A stretch of 64,000 nt of DNA from a virus (taxonomy: Duplodnaviria; Caudoviricetes). The translations under genes were made by a program, and so were the position numbers. The number at the start of each line of letters is the position of its first letter. Position 1 is the stretch's first letter. Below, piece by piece: positions 46,601-54,656 of the stretch. The stretch is taken from the IMG/VR virus record IMGVR_UViG_3300027766_000001. One strand, written 5' to 3'. The notes beneath the pieces were generated by a model, which ran no database searches, was not told where the DNA came from, and saw nothing but the letters and a program-made list of their open reading frames with translations.

Positions 46601-48365
46601 TATGGGTGTGCGTTGGGTGCGTGAACTCGATCTGATGCGTGACATGTTCATTGACCCGATTACCCGTGAAGAACTCAAACGCATGGGTGCGCCGACTCGT
46701 TGGGATCTGTTGCTGCTGCATGCGGTGAAGATGCTCCTGAACGATCAACACATCCGTGAGACCTCGATGCGTGAACAACGTGTGCGTGGCTCTGAACGTG
46801 TGGCCGGTGCGGTGTACAATGAACTGGTGAAAGCAACCCGTCAGCTGAAGGCACGTGCTGTTGCAACCAAAGCGGGTCTGGAGCTTCATCCGGATGCGGT
46901 CTGGTATGCATTGCTGGATGACACTGCGACAACTCCTGTCGAAGAGTGTAACCCGGTGCACAACCACAAAGACTATTCCGTGGTGACCTTTGGTGGCACT
47001 GGTGGGCGTACTGCGCGTTCCATGACCAAACCTACACGTGAGTTCATTCCGGATAACTTGGGCGTTGTGTCTGAGTCGTCGGTGGATAACTCTGACGTAG
47101 GTTACACAGCACACATGGTTAGTGATCCTTTATTAACGGATCTGCGTGGTAACGCACAAGCGGCAACGGATGAAACGAACCCAGCCAGTCTGGTGTCGTT
47201 TACTGCGATGTTGAACCCCGGCTCTGACCGTGACTCACCTCAGCGTGTGATGTTTACCTCGGTCCAGCACTCCCAGGGTATGTATGCGGTGGGGTATAAA
47301 ACCACTCCGTATCGTACAGGTGCTGAGCGTATGTTGGCACACCGTGTCTCCAAGATCTTTGCGTATCCGGCAGAGGGCGATGGGGTGATCACGGAAGTCA
47401 GCGACAAACACGTGCTGGTTGATTACGGTGATCGTGTTGTGGGTGTTGAGATCGGGACACGTTTCGGCTCGGCCTCAGGTACGATGTACGTGCACGAAAT
47501 TGTAACGGACATGAAAGCGGGCGATACGGTGAAGAAAGGTCATGTGATCGTTTGGAACCGCAACTACTTCGAACGCGATTTCATGGAACCGACGCAGGTC
47601 TCGTGGAAGGGCGGTGTGATGGTGAACACTGCGTTGATGGAAGATCAGTTTACCTACGAAGACTCCTCGATGATTTATCGGGGTGTGGGTAAAGAGTTGG
47701 CCACCTTTACCGGTAAGCCAATTCCAATTCTGGTGAACTTTGATCAAGAGGTACGTAACCTGGTGACGGTCGGTGATGAAGTCGATCAGGAAACAATCTT
47801 ATGTACCTTGGAGAACCTGGTGAGCGCCCAGCTGGGCCTGGATGACGACGGCAGTTACGACGGTCTTCGTGTCTTTGGCAACGACAACCCGAAAGCGAAA
47901 GCTACCGGTCGTGTCGCAAAAATTGAGGTGCTGTATCGGGGCAACATTGAGGACATGTCGGAGTCGCTGGCAATACTGGCTAACCGGTCAGACCGTGAAC
48001 GTCGCAAACTGAATCGTCAGATGCGCGGCAATAAAGCGGAAACCGGTGAGGTCATGAGCGGTCTGCGTATCGGTGGTGACACGCTTGAAAACAAACAGGC
48101 GGTGATCTACGTTTACCTGATCGTTCCCATGCCAACCATTATCGGTGATAAGGGTGTATTCGCCAACCAGATGAAATCAACCTTTGGTTACATCTACGAC
48201 GAACGCATCACAACGTTCAAAGGTCTGGAAGTCGGGGCTATCTTCTCCAACCTCTCGATCGCGAACCGTATGGTGACTTCACCGTACATCATCGGTGCCA
48301 TGAACTCCTACTTGTACACGGTGACCAAAAACGCAATTAAGTTACGTCATTCACTGCAGGAGTAA
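43692..48365 (+). CDS. rpoB: Virion RNA polymerase beta subunit, N-terminal/major part (phiKZ gp178-like)
   Basis: EQRVRGSE, TFGGTGGR, DRDSPQRVMFTSVQHSQ, FTYEDS, IGDKGVFANQMKST parallel RpoB conserved regions. Confidence 0.92.
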   Translation: MILYNSFFRKICVRKKEHVFSPHFFPMADFELPRGALLHYVPSDLTEYGIEQNDLLINKYSDDVYIDHVRQIKTPLGNPQVKTLSLNNMIKQYHNRHKRFKLVRNIASVMSNQRYCIVENYAMAQHQLTYRPAMFVNYFRWYNMQYTVMERMTNIQKESDRNQFIYLQMPASLPQLSQLRVYDERMAKGLDKIQGVGNEAFMDGVPVTQWYGAGLESLDDYDQGMLIDVALEAFEDTRDSYYGASDQAWEPGARISNQDGRLLDTLVRMATGNEVYLIPDTLPHYEPLLTDLSAGMEALAAFQSRVMRFKPELQMSVMNRLRTANDYWFIHFWLWLGSNREASLFSMLDHDPKQLEKIHLVFGNVGAYTVVRLDVIERWREEILKQSKGNNGLDNFRKHMLKFMTKLFEVKTGGTSISDSDEQPEVIEAIAPPVEAQPTEGAEPDTDEEEAPAPVAKSTNVFGVDIPSLDEPEPAKPIVTAKPKTEEGDEPLSDIEVYEQRSFGDEIADDEFNHDREGRVAQVVPNNNVEAKPEDGVLAQVEVLADAGMLSAAEYKRFQRLAEQYKNIPNPVGPGTLADLMKIDPSVLTDLSGGEAPDSVSILNKGMLSTCLVNLDKNYIKNVLESDIANAVMSVMGAGVAVLDYQREEKQDAVTAYVVYAVQVQPVGGKVSTIRFRVPKLEEDGTTMVNNVKSRVRKQRVDIPIRKVSSTKVSMTSYYGKSFMTRSEKAVHDYGKWLGNRINLMSLANPSDSTYVPPVSNLVIGRYFVSSVRVPHTYAVISQRYKGFDYQGISFLFSVKQAKAQFGEELWDRYYGNKLVICGHQNGSPVLMDDSGALYLANGDSLEQLGDFETFLGLDAAKAPVETVELQVFRKAIPVGVILSYYYGLSVMIEQLQLQVRIAQRGERLNLTADERTVTFNDEVLIFNRSDRFAAMLLNGFNYYDKEVQRFSRYDFDRKSVYSNLLASAGMGVRWVRELDLMRDMFIDPITREELKRMGAPTRWDLLLLHAVKMLLNDQHIRETSMREQRVRGSERVAGAVYNELVKATRQLKARAVATKAGLELHPDAVWYALLDDTATTPVEECNPVHNHKDYSVVTFGGTGGRTARSMTKPTREFIPDNLGVVSESSVDNSDVGYTAHMVSDPLLTDLRGNAQAATDETNPASLVSFTAMLNPGSDRDSPQRVMFTSVQHSQGMYAVGYKTTPYRTGAERMLAHRVSKIFAYPAEGDGVITEVSDKHVLVDYGDRVVGVEIGTRFGSASGTMYVHEIVTDMKAGDTVKKGHVIVWNRNYFERDFMEPTQVSWKGGVMVNTALMEDQFTYEDSSMIYRGVGKELATFTGKPIPILVNFDQEVRNLVTVGDEVDQETILCTLENLVSAQLGLDDDGSYDGLRVFGNDNPKAKATGRVAKIEVLYRGNIEDMSESLAILANRSDRERRKLNRQMRGNKAETGEVMSGLRIGGDTLENKQAVIYVYLIVPMPTIIGDKGVFANQMKSTFGYIYDERITTFKGLEVGAIFSNLSIANRMVTSPYIIGAMNSYLYTVTKNAIKLRHSLQE

Positions 48366-48368
48366 ATC

Positions 48369-49052
48369 GTGAACGAGCAAAAAGTCCGTAGTCTGCAGCA
48401 GCAGCTAAAAGATGCCGGTTTCTATACAGGTATCGTCGACGGCATCTGGGGCAATGGCTCGCAGGGTGCTTTAACCGCTTACATCAATGCTGGTAAACCA
48501 CTGGCACCTCTGGGGGGTCTCGATCTGGATATCGCCTGGAGTGGCAAAGTGTCACCAGCCTTCACTGCGCGTGTGCGTCTCATGGCACAGCAGCTGAAGA
48601 TGCCAGAAGGTGGTGCCAGCATGCTCATGGCATGCATGGCGTTTGAGACCGGGGAAACCTTCAGCCCGACGATTAAGAACGGCGCAGGTGCTCCTTACTA
48701 CGGTCTCATTCAGTTTGGCAAAGCGGCTGCAACGGACTGCGGAACCACAGTAGAAGCACTCGTGCAAATGACTGCGGAACAACAGCTGGAGTACGTGTAC
48801 CTGTACTTCAAGCCGTTGGCCGGTAAGCTCATGACCGTGAGTGATCTGTACATGAAGATCTTGTGGCCTGCTGCAGTTGGTAAGCCTGAGAACTTTGTAC
48901 TGTGGACCAAAGAAGGTCGTCCTACGACTTACCTGCAGAACAAAGGCCTGGATGCTGACAAAGACGGTGCCATCACCAAAGCGGAAGCCGCGGGGAAAGT
49001 GCTGGAGAAGTTAGCGCGGGGTCTGCAACCACAATTCCGTCGTCCGCTGTAA
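48369..49052 (+). CDS. Modular endolysin: peptidoglycan-binding domain plus lysozyme-like domain
   Basis: LQQQLKDAGFYTGIVDGIWGNGS (PG_binding_1), AFETG catalytic Glu, YGLIQF, EF-hand-like DADKDGAITKAE. Confidence 0.85.
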   Translation: MNEQKVRSLQQQLKDAGFYTGIVDGIWGNGSQGALTAYINAGKPLAPLGGLDLDIAWSGKVSPAFTARVRLMAQQLKMPEGGASMLMACMAFETGETFSPTIKNGAGAPYYGLIQFGKAAATDCGTTVEALVQMTAEQQLEYVYLYFKPLAGKLMTVSDLYMKILWPAAVGKPENFVLWTKEGRPTTYLQNKGLDADKDGAITKAEAAGKVLEKLARGLQPQFRRPL

Positions 49053-49058
49053 TTTAAT

Positions 49059-49088
49059 GGGAGGTGGGAAACCGCCTCCTATCCTTTT
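49059..49088 (+). terminator. Rho-independent terminator
   Basis: GGGAGGTGG-GAAA-CCGCCTCCT then ATCCTTTT. Confidence 0.65.
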
Positions 49089-49099
49089 AAGGAGAGAGT

Positions 49100-49297
49100 A
49101 TGTCCACGAAGCTTTATGAGAACGCCAACGTTCTGGCAAACATTGTCGCAACCACTGGCGCAGTAATGGAAGCCATCAGCGGTAATGAAATTGCGGATCT
49201 CAGCGTTGTTAACGACCCAGACGCATTACCGAACCTGGTGGCTGCTAAACTGCAGAACATCGTTTCCCCACTGCTGATCTCGGCCCCTGCGGTTTAA
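49100..49297 (+). CDS. Small putative head protein
   Basis: 65 aa, SD AAGGAG; contains AVME and SGNE protease-like sites. Confidence 0.65.
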   Translation: MSTKLYENANVLANIVATTGAVMEAISGNEIADLSVVNDPDALPNLVAAKLQNIVSPLLISAPAV

Positions 49298-49309
49298 TAA
49301 GGACGCGTC

Positions 49310-50836
49310 ATGCTGAAGAAACAAGTCGTATCGGCTATTATGCCGCTTGCTGAAATGCTCTCTGAGCGCAATGTGCGCTTGGAAACCTGTGCAGGTTCAC
49401 CCATCGGTAACCTGACCATGGCCAGCGCCACCCTGCATGCAGATGACACATCTGTTGCAGAAACGCTGGTTGCTGTATCCTCTCCGGTTGACACAGGTCG
49501 TCGTGATAACGAAAACCTGCCGATCATTCTGCCTTCTGAACACGGCTTTGTTCAGGCACGTGCTGCACAGTGTATTGCGGCGGGTGTGAAGAAGATGATC
49601 ACCAACGCACGCAGTGTGGTTATTCCGGCGATCAATGCTACCCGTGAATACGTTGACCAGTATGTGGCAGACAATGCTCAGGCACGTTCTATCATTCCTG
49701 AAGTGGACGTCTACAATTACGACCCGCTGTGGGCCGGCGCGCTGGTTGACGGTATTGCAACCCAGTACGACAAAGTCGACCTGGTGGGCATGCCCTCTGT
49801 TTCTCTGCCGGCACTGACCGATGAGCAGCTGCATGCATTGGTGAACTCCGGTTCACAGGAAGTGCGTGACTTCATCTCTCGTGAAGACAAAGAGATCCCG
49901 GGTCACCTTTCTGCAATCTGGCAGATCTGGTTCCAGGGTCAGCCAGTATCCGATTCCGATGACTTCCGCTTCCTGAGTCGTATGCTCGGTAACGGGTCAG
50001 TGGGTCGCGTGCTGAATGCCGGTACCCTCGGTGATGCGCTCGATACCCGTAAAGGTTACGACGCTATCCTGTCTGGCTTCCTGATTGCAAACGCGCTGTA
50101 TGACAATCCGGTTGCCGGCGTGCAATGGGGTATGGATCTGCCAACGTACAACCTGGCAATCTCTGCGTTCAAAGCCCACTTCGGTAAAGTGATCGGTCGC
50201 GTCTACCGTGCCCGTGTTGCCGCACTCGAAAGCAAAACCCTGATCATCAACATGCCGATTGTTCGCAACTGGCAGCTGGGTCAGAAAACTGACAACATCC
50301 TGCTGAACGGCGATGTGCATAAATGGTACCTGCAGCAGGGTGGTACTATTGAAGCGATCATCGGTGATGTGTTCTCTCAGCGTCAGGTGTCGGCTCGCAC
50401 CATTCTCGATCTGCGTCCGCAGTATGAAGCGGCGTACAACAACGTGGTTACCACGTACACCGGTCTGGGTGTGTCGAACAAATACCGCTACACGCTGGAA
50501 GCACTGACCAAAGCCGCGATCCAGCACGTGGTCGACATGGATCAGGATTACTGGAAACAGATTAACCCTGATTGCACCAAGCAGGAAATGATCCGTGATA
50601 TCCAGAACTATCTGGCAAGCAATATCCCGGTTGGTACCAGTGAAGCGCTGGACAAGGTCATCACCTATGTCTTTGCGTCCTTCATTTACTGTCGTCTGCG
50701 CGTGGATGAGTTCATTGCTGCGATGAACAACTATCCGGATCAGACGCTGTCGCCGAAAGCCATTGCGTCACATGTCGTTATGGACATGGTCATCAAGTCA
50801 CTGATGAACGACGTTTACTACAACTTCCAATCGTAA
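49310..50836 (+). CDS. Putative head structural protein (phiKZ gp177-like position)
   Basis: 508 aa, SD AAGGA; synteny between vRNAP beta and protease from recall. Confidence 0.65.
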   Translation: MLKKQVVSAIMPLAEMLSERNVRLETCAGSPIGNLTMASATLHADDTSVAETLVAVSSPVDTGRRDNENLPIILPSEHGFVQARAAQCIAAGVKKMITNARSVVIPAINATREYVDQYVADNAQARSIIPEVDVYNYDPLWAGALVDGIATQYDKVDLVGMPSVSLPALTDEQLHALVNSGSQEVRDFISREDKEIPGHLSAIWQIWFQGQPVSDSDDFRFLSRMLGNGSVGRVLNAGTLGDALDTRKGYDAILSGFLIANALYDNPVAGVQWGMDLPTYNLAISAFKAHFGKVIGRVYRARVAALESKTLIINMPIVRNWQLGQKTDNILLNGDVHKWYLQQGGTIEAIIGDVFSQRQVSARTILDLRPQYEAAYNNVVTTYTGLGVSNKYRYTLEALTKAAIQHVVDMDQDYWKQINPDCTKQEMIRDIQNYLASNIPVGTSEALDKVITYVFASFIYCRLRVDEFIAAMNNYPDQTLSPKAIASHVVMDMVIKSLMNDVYYNFQS

Positions 50837-50845
50837 GGGTAACCC

Positions 50846-51571
50846 ATGGACCTGTCAACTTTAACACGTAACCGGGACAAGGTCCGTGCCAATCTGGTCA
50901 AACTTGACGACAGTTCGGTTGTTTGCCGTGAGGGGTGCAAAGTCTACATCCCTCAGCGTTACGTTAACAAAGGGTTAGCGAACGTCGGTGAAACCTGCTG
51001 GTCAGTGGGTGAGTTCGTGATGGCAACGGACAGTGGTTTCTATTGTGCGACCCTGGTACCGGCGATCATGATTCTGACTCCGACCGAAGTGCGTCAGGTG
51101 AAGCTGGACGGGAACCCGTACTATGAGTTGTCGTTTGCGGCCGGTAGCACGGTATTCGAAACCACGTGGATTCCGAAAACTGACAGCTGCATTCCTCCGC
51201 TGTTTAACGAGCTCATCATTAACGGTAATGCGCCGTATGGCTGGAGCTTGTTTGATTTGGCGAAGTGCTTCCATCTGGCACCGAAGTACGCGGGCTTTAA
51301 GATGGGTGCGAACCCGCAAGTGTTCGAAACCATCATTAACATTATTTCCCGTGATCCGGAAGATCTGAACAAGCAGTACCGTAATGTGCCGCAGGCCTTG
51401 GCCGACGTGTACAAGAAACCACCGACGATCGTGGGACTGCGTAACCCAGCGGTAACGTCAACGAACACCGTGGCGAAGCTGATTGGTAGCTACTTCCAGG
51501 ATGGTGTGGTTTCAGCGTTGATTAACCCGTCAGATCGTGTGGAAGGCGTAGAAGCCTTGCTGAGGAGCTAA
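50846..51571 (+). CDS. Probable fifth vRNAP subunit / head protein (phiKZ gp176, SPN3US gp244-like position)
   Basis: 241 aa; assignment by size and synteny only. Confidence 0.55.
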   Translation: MDLSTLTRNRDKVRANLVKLDDSSVVCREGCKVYIPQRYVNKGLANVGETCWSVGEFVMATDSGFYCATLVPAIMILTPTEVRQVKLDGNPYYELSFAAGSTVFETTWIPKTDSCIPPLFNELIINGNAPYGWSLFDLAKCFHLAPKYAGFKMGANPQVFETIINIISRDPEDLNKQYRNVPQALADVYKKPPTIVGLRNPAVTSTNTVAKLIGSYFQDGVVSALINPSDRVEGVEALLRS

Positions 51572-52290
51572 TGGTGGAAGAGAACACGGACCTGCAGGAC
51601 ATGCGTCGGTTTTTGGAGTATTGGCCAAATACCATCGGTAACAATGTCGACATCCTGACCCCGGCGAACTCGTCGGGGGTGGTGTTTCACATTAGCACCA
51701 ACAACAGTCTGAAGTCCTTTGAGCCGCGTGTCTCACGTCGGACCATGAACCGGGAAGATCGCTCTGTTCCTCGTGTCTCCACTGCGGGAACGTTGAACGG
51801 CTGTCTGTCAGGTTACAGTTCGGCGTTGTATGACTGGGAACAAATGGATGCAGAGAAATGGTCGGGCGGGTGGAAGATCTACGCGATCAACTACGAAGCG
51901 GCCTTAAAGCCCAATAAGAAAATCCTGGGTGATGCGGATTCCACGGAAGAAGTTTGGCTGGTACCGTACAATAAAGCACATGTTCGTTATCCGGCAACAC
52001 CGATTGGTGAAGTCTTCTTTACGAAGGTGGGGCGTGAAGCCACCAGTGATGCAAAGCTGCCCCGTAAGGTGGTGGTGAAAGCATACATCCGAATTGCTGA
52101 AGGGAACATGCTGCCGCTGAACAAATCAACGGTGTTGCGTGCTGGGTATTACCAATTGACTTACAACAACTGGTTCGAAGCAATGGATCTGCGTAACCCC
52201 CAAGATATCATCGTGCTTCCTATTACCAGTGGCGACTACTTCTCTCACAAGAAACTCGGTGCCGGTAATCTGGGGTTAACTGATTCGTAA
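51571..52290 (+). CDS. Putative ADP-ribosyltransferase-fold protein
   Basis: VVFHIST, FEPRVS, EDRSVPRVSTAGTLNGCL, KIYAI, PNKKILGDADSTEEVWL; TAATG overlap with the upstream gene. Confidence 0.55.
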   Translation: MVEENTDLQDMRRFLEYWPNTIGNNVDILTPANSSGVVFHISTNNSLKSFEPRVSRRTMNREDRSVPRVSTAGTLNGCLSGYSSALYDWEQMDAEKWSGGWKIYAINYEAALKPNKKILGDADSTEEVWLVPYNKAHVRYPATPIGEVFFTKVGREATSDAKLPRKVVVKAYIRIAEGNMLPLNKSTVLRAGYYQLTYNNWFEAMDLRNPQDIIVLPITSGDYFSHKKLGAGNLGLTDS

Positions 52291-52302
52291 AAGGAACGTC
52301 GT

Positions 52303-53085
52303 ATGTCGAACATTACGTTTTCGTGCCAGACGTTACGTGGCACAAACAAAGCCGGCACGCTTAAACCGAGCGGGGATGGTTACTGGACGGTGGTGTTGGG
52401 TGGTTTTAACATCCACAACGAATCCGGCAACTACTACCCGTTCAACAAATACCTGGAAGAGATCTTCTTAAAGTCCTCCTCGTTCATGCGCCGTATTGAA
52501 CGTGGTCACCTGCGGGGTGAGCAAGACCATCCGAAGATCCAACCGGGGATGTCACAACAGCAGTACTTCTCCCGCCTGCGTTATCTCGACATGAGTAACT
52601 GGGCACTGCACATTCGTAGCGTGGAACTTGACTTCACTAACTTCAAGTCTCACCGCAACGAGCAGATGGTAGCGGTACTGGGTGAAATCAAACCTGTGGG
52701 TGGTCCAATCGGTGACAAGCTGTTAGCGTCACTGGAAAACTCCAGCGAAGACACCTGCTTCTCTGTGCGCTCTCTGACACTCGATACCATGATGGGCATG
52801 GCGTGGAAGAAAGACGTATACGAGCTGGTGACCTGGGACTGGGTGCCTGAGCCAGGTGTGCGTAATGCCACCAAGTATCATTCACCGGGTCTGGAGTCAT
52901 TTGGTGACTACCAGTTCGATCCAGCGGTTATTCGTAATGAGATCGTCACCAGTCAAAATGCTGGCGGTCAGGGTTACGGCCTGGAGTCGAACTTCAATGA
53001 CACCACGGCGCTGCAGATCATGATGAACGATTACGAAGCCGGTGATAACTCACCGATTCTGCGTCCGACCTCACTGCGTTGGTAA
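52303..53085 (+). CDS. Prohead protease (phiKZ gp175-like)
   Basis: LRGEQDHP (His), CFSVRS (Ser), TWDWVPEPG; C-terminal GLE|S self-cleavage-like sites. Confidence 0.88.
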   Translation: MSNITFSCQTLRGTNKAGTLKPSGDGYWTVVLGGFNIHNESGNYYPFNKYLEEIFLKSSSFMRRIERGHLRGEQDHPKIQPGMSQQQYFSRLRYLDMSNWALHIRSVELDFTNFKSHRNEQMVAVLGEIKPVGGPIGDKLLASLENSSEDTCFSVRSLTLDTMMGMAWKKDVYELVTWDWVPEPGVRNATKYHSPGLESFGDYQFDPAVIRNEIVTSQNAGGQGYGLESNFNDTTALQIMMNDYEAGDNSPILRPTSLRW

Positions 53086-53088
53086 CAA

Positions 53089-53121
53089 CATACGGGGCAG
53101 GGGAAACCCTGCCTCTTATGC
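53089..53121. terminator. CATA-hairpin-TTATGC element
   Basis: CATAC-GGGGCAGGG-GAAA-CCCTGCCTC-TTATGC. Confidence 0.7.
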
Positions 53122-53185
53122 CGGCCTGTGTATTATCGTACCAACCACCCCACTCTTATGTCTAATAACGAACCAGGAAGCGATT

Positions 53186-53722
53186 ATGATTGTTAATGCA
53201 CCGCACAGTGTCGCACGTGCGTTTCTGGCGATGAAGGAACTCGAATCCTTTCTCCCTCGCTACACTGACGTCGCCATGCGCGTCATCGAAGAATACCAGA
53301 ACGTGGTTCCACGTCTGGCTGAAGCCAAAGACAAAGATGCCCGCGGTGAAATCATCGGTGGGTTCTTGGCACGGGTAAATGAATACGTGCTGGGGAAAGA
53401 TGCGGACAAGATTGTGCCGTGGCCGTTGTTTAACCACACACCGATTCAGGTCGGTCTCGCGTTTCGTAGTCAGCTGATTTATACACTGTCACGCGATGAG
53501 GTGACTGTTCACCATATCCTGAACTTCATCAACATCGTCTACTTCCCATCGCTCAACCTGCTGGAGCTGAACAACGCGCTGTTAAAGAACGGTCAGTATG
53601 CGCGGCCGAACAGTGCACGTTACCAGAAGATGTTGGTCCTGCTGGCGCATCAGGTTGCGATGAATGCAACCCACGGTGAGTTGGTGTTGTCTGAATCAGA
53701 ACGTCCAGAAGGAGCAGCATAA
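53186..53722 (+). CDS. Hypothetical protein
   Basis: SD AGGA before ATG 53186 (track starts at 53042, inside the protease gene). Confidence 0.75.
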   Translation: MIVNAPHSVARAFLAMKELESFLPRYTDVAMRVIEEYQNVVPRLAEAKDKDARGEIIGGFLARVNEYVLGKDADKIVPWPLFNHTPIQVGLAFRSQLIYTLSRDEVTVHHILNFINIVYFPSLNLLELNNALLKNGQYARPNSARYQKMLVLLAHQVAMNATHGELVLSESERPEGAA

Positions 53723-53889
53723 TGGGTGGTCCGTCTCCGGAAGCAATGTTGGATGTCTTCAACGCTGCGTACGAATCCTTTATCGTCGATAACCGCTACA
53801 GCGGTCTGACGGCAAAGATGCTGCATGCGAAAGCCATGGCATACGCCGCAGAGAAGCTGCAGTCCACCTGGCCCATCACGGGTGAATGA
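53722..53889 (+). CDS. 55-aa hypothetical protein (not in ORF track)
   Basis: SD AAGGAG, TAATG overlap; MGGPSPEAMLDVFNAAYESF...WPITGE. Confidence 0.55.
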   Translation: MGGPSPEAMLDVFNAAYESFIVDNRYSGLTAKMLHAKAMAYAAEKLQSTWPITGE

Positions 53890-53895
53890 GTTCAA

Positions 53896-53917
53896 AGATT
53901 TTTGAACCCTATATCAC
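53896..53917 (+). promoter_or_regulatory. Putative early promoter
   Basis: AGATTTTTGAACCCTATATCAC, followed by a 14-bp palindrome at 53927-53940. Confidence 0.65.
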
Positions 53918-53975
53918 CCTAGTGTATTCTCTGCAGAGAACACTTTACGTATAAACCACATACCCCTTTATAAGG

Positions 53976-54434
53976 ATGCTCGACATGTCAAAAGAAATCA
54001 AAGCTACTACCCGTACCCTGGCTGACTCCCTGAAAGCAGCAATGACCATGGGCGAGAACGGCGTGGCTGTGACTGAACCGAACTGGTATGAAAATAACCT
54101 GCCAGAAGGTCTGACCATCGAACAGCGTAAAAAGTTCCAGAGCCATGACAGCGCCGTAATGGCTGCTCAGGCTGTGGCTCTCGGTGAACTGGGTCTGCCG
54201 GTGATGCAGAACAACACCGCGCTGTCGCAAATCTCTACGTCGCTGTCAGTGGGCTCGGACACCATTGCCACCGATATCGTGCGTGAATACCAGCACGGCA
54301 AACAGACCATCAACGGTCACGTCATCAGCTCCTACACGGCCAACGCCGCTGGTACGAACCGTGGCGAACTCGCTGCGGCCGTGAAGCACGTACGTGCAAT
54401 GGCTGACGACCTCCTGACCGGTGGTGCGAAGTAA
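53976..54434 (+). CDS. Hypothetical protein, probably highly expressed (start may be 53985)
   Basis: 152 aa, SD AAGGA, strong codon bias. Confidence 0.8.
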   Translation: MLDMSKEIKATTRTLADSLKAAMTMGENGVAVTEPNWYENNLPEGLTIEQRKKFQSHDSAVMAAQAVALGELGLPVMQNNTALSQISTSLSVGSDTIATDIVREYQHGKQTINGHVISSYTANAAGTNRGELAAAVKHVRAMADDLLTGGAK

Positions 54435-54452
54435 GTTTTACCCCGTAGTAAA

Positions 54453-54656
54453 CTGAGCGGCCTAGACACCCGCTCAGCCAAACACAATTCCATTTAACCC
54501 GCTTGGGTCAACTCGGGCTGTGTCCTGTAAGACATTCCAAAAATAGACAGTAATCTAAGGGCTGGTCCGGAAACCGGCTCTTATCTACTGTCGTATTTCG
54601 CGACAGTTTCAAAACCTTGCATTCAGAAAGAATGCCAATAGATAGGAAACTGAAAC
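54453..54656 (+). ncRNA. Structured intergenic/leader RNA candidate
   Basis: About 220 nt non-coding with several hairpins, two of them mutually exclusive, one pairing with the downstream SD. Confidence 0.4.

Noticed and set aside
42065-48365. Intron or intein in the vRNAP genes
   Set aside because: Both frames are continuous, with no intein C...HN-C/S/T ends or HNH/LAGLIDADG motifs; the extra length in beta is an acidic linker.
54453-54656. Possible tRNA or tmRNA in the long intergenic gap
   Set aside because: No cloverleaf, no GTTCRA T-loop, no CCA end; kept only as a structured leader candidate.
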